Virus record (IMG/VR): IMGVR_UViG_3300045988_003743
Location: 1 to 5,997 of that record
DNA from: a virus
Direction: 5' to 3' (one strand)
Length of the DNA: 5,997 bases
A program made the translations under genes and the position numbers. Of this stretch, positions 5,362 to 5,997 are shown one piece after another (position 1 is the stretch's first letter; the number at the start of each line of letters is the position of its first letter). The notes beneath the pieces were generated by a model. The model saw nothing but the letters and a program-made list of their open reading frames with translations, searched no databases and was not told where the DNA came from.

Positions 5362-5413
5362 ATATATGCGCGTGCGTGCGTGCGCGTTTACGCGCGCGTA
5401 TGCGTGCGCATAC
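5362..5413. repeat. Alternating purine-pyrimidine (Z-DNA-prone) GC-rich imperfect palindrome containing (TGCG)n
   Basis: 5362..5387 (26 nt) and 5389..5413 (25 nt) alternate R/Y strictly. Arms 5365..5386 and 5391..5412 pair over 22 positions: 17 Watson-Crick and 5 G.T. The loop is TTTA. Confidence 0.8.
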
Positions 5414-5460
5414 CTTTGAGCGTTAGCGAACCCCGATGCGTAGCGAGGGTGTGAAAGGGG

Positions 5461-5494
5461 TGTTAGGGGTGACGGCGGAACGTCACCCCTAACA
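5461..5494. other. Perfect 14-bp hairpin TGTTAGGGGTGACG-GCGGAA-CGTCACCCCTAACA
   Basis: The inverted repeat was read directly. There is no T-run after it on either strand. Confidence 0.7.
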
Positions 5495-5537
5495 GAAACA
5501 AATAGAGCCAAGTACCTTACTTGATAGGTACTTGGCT
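5491..5537 (-). terminator. Candidate rho-independent terminator downstream of VP4
   Basis: The minus strand reads AGCCAAGTACCT-ATCAAGTA-AGGTACTTGGCT: a 12-bp perfect stem (5537..5526 / 5517..5506) with an 8-nt loop. It is followed by CTATTTGTTTCTGTT (10 of 15 bases are T). It lies 26 nt past the VP4 stop. Confidence 0.4.
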
Positions 5538-5548
5538 AGGTGACACCA

Positions 5549-5596
5549 CAGAAAGAAAATGCTCACAGCTTTCCAGCACGGTGCATTTTCTTTCTG
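5549..5596 (-). other. 14-bp perfect hairpin straddling the VP4 stop codon
   Basis: CAGAAAGAAAATGC (5549..5562) pairs with GCATTTTCTTTCTG (5583..5596). The 20-nt loop contains the VP4 TGA (5565..5563). One arm encodes VP4 residues ..RKKMH.., and the other is the first non-coding sequence after the stop. Confidence 0.6.
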
Positions 5597-5997
5597 GTCA
5601 CTCTTTCTTTTGTCTGTAGGTCTGTGGCGTAATCTCTACCTTCATACGCGTATTTGTTCGATTCTATGATTTTAGCTTGTCGCTCTCTTTTGATTTCCCA
5701 TAGCCTTTTAGGGTCTTCCGCTTCCATTTTTTTTTCGTAGTATCGCGGAATTCTTGCGTGTTTTCCGCTTGTGCATTGAATGTAACCTGCTTTCCATATC
5801 TCTTCTTTGTGTTTTTGATACCATGCATCTCCAATTCCCGGTTTTAGGCTCATTTTTGCAAATGGTTTTGTTTGTCCCAAATCGTAGTATACATTGGCTT
5901 TTTTCCCGTCTATTTCGTACATTTTTTTAGTAACGTATCCTGCAACATATCTATAAGTTTCAGGTACTGCTTGCGCTATTTGGATTTGACCGTTTCC
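5563..5997 (-). CDS. VP4: Replication initiator VP4, C-terminal part (continuation of 646..1; bases 5943..5997 duplicate 1..55)
   Basis: The minus frame of ORF 5563..5922 stays open up to the window edge: GNGQIQIAQAVPETYRYVAGYVTKKMYEIDGKK... YVAGYVTKK matches the paired catalytic tyrosine motif (Y-x3-Y) of phiX174 gpA (YVAKYVNKK, from memory). The stop is TGA at 5563..5565. Confidence 0.93.
   Translation of the reverse strand, partial: GNGQIQIAQAVPETYRYVAGYVTKKMYEIDGKKANVYYDLGQTKPFAKMSLKPGIGDAWYQKHKEEIWKAGYIQCTSGKHARIPRYYEKKMEAEDPKRLWEIKRERQAKIIESNKYAYEGRDYATDLQTKERVTRKKMHRAGKL
5943..5997. repeat. Terminal direct repeat, identical to 1..55 (circular assembly overlap)
   Basis: Exact 55/55 identity with the window start. 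Confidence 0.9.

Noticed and set aside
5404-5412. GTGCGCATA, a 9-nt identity to the E. coli dif XerC arm (GGTGCGCATAA).
   Set aside because: It is part of the alternating Pu-Py palindrome. The adjoining 6+11 nt (CTTTGA GCGTTAGCGAA) show no similarity to a XerD arm, so it is most likely incidental.
5447-5479. G-runs (GGG, GGGG, GGGG, GG..GG) that suggest a G-quadruplex on the strand shown.
   Set aside because: Only three runs have three or more Gs. Two of them are sequestered in the perfect 14-bp hairpin, which should outcompete a quadruplex.
5323-5511. A 62-aa minus-strand ORF (…HAYARVNAHARTRIY…) in the non-coding block.
   Set aside because: Its sequence is simply the translation of the alternating CG/TG palindrome and the hairpins. 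It has no SD and lies downstream of the putative terminator.

Overview
The window is a complete, circularly closed genome of about 5.94 kb from a gokushovirus-like member of the Microviridae (ssDNA phage). It is shown as the reverse complement of the coding strand. Bases 1..55 are identical to 5943..5997, which is an assembly overlap, so the unit length is 5942 nt. All credible genes lie on the minus strand and form one tightly coupled block. In transcription order this is: sigma70-type promoter (~5003..4975), 66-aa ORF, Peptidase_M15-type (LAS-fold) cell-wall hydrolase, 38-aa ORF, 76-aa ORF, VP5-like small protein, VP3 internal scaffold, VP1 major capsid, VP2 pilot/minor capsid, and the VP4 HUH replication initiator. 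VP4 wraps across the window junction (646..1 joined to 5942..5563). The order VP5-VP3-VP1-VP2-VP4 is the canonical gokushovirus order. The unusual parts are a four-gene accessory module carrying an endolysin-like peptidase with no recognisable holin, and a 559-nt non-coding block (5004..5562). That block has a GC-rich structured element, then an AT-rich array of about 10 same-orientation TTTTC(A/C)AC repeats, two of which are perfect DnaA-box matches. It continues with a ~50-nt alternating purine-pyrimidine imperfect palindrome and three long perfect hairpins. Strong AGGAGG Shine-Dalgarno sites and TTGACA/TAnAAT promoters argue for a host that uses canonical SD-dependent translation initiation, so probably not Bacteroidota. 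All protein-family calls come from motif recognition by eye and have not been checked against databases.
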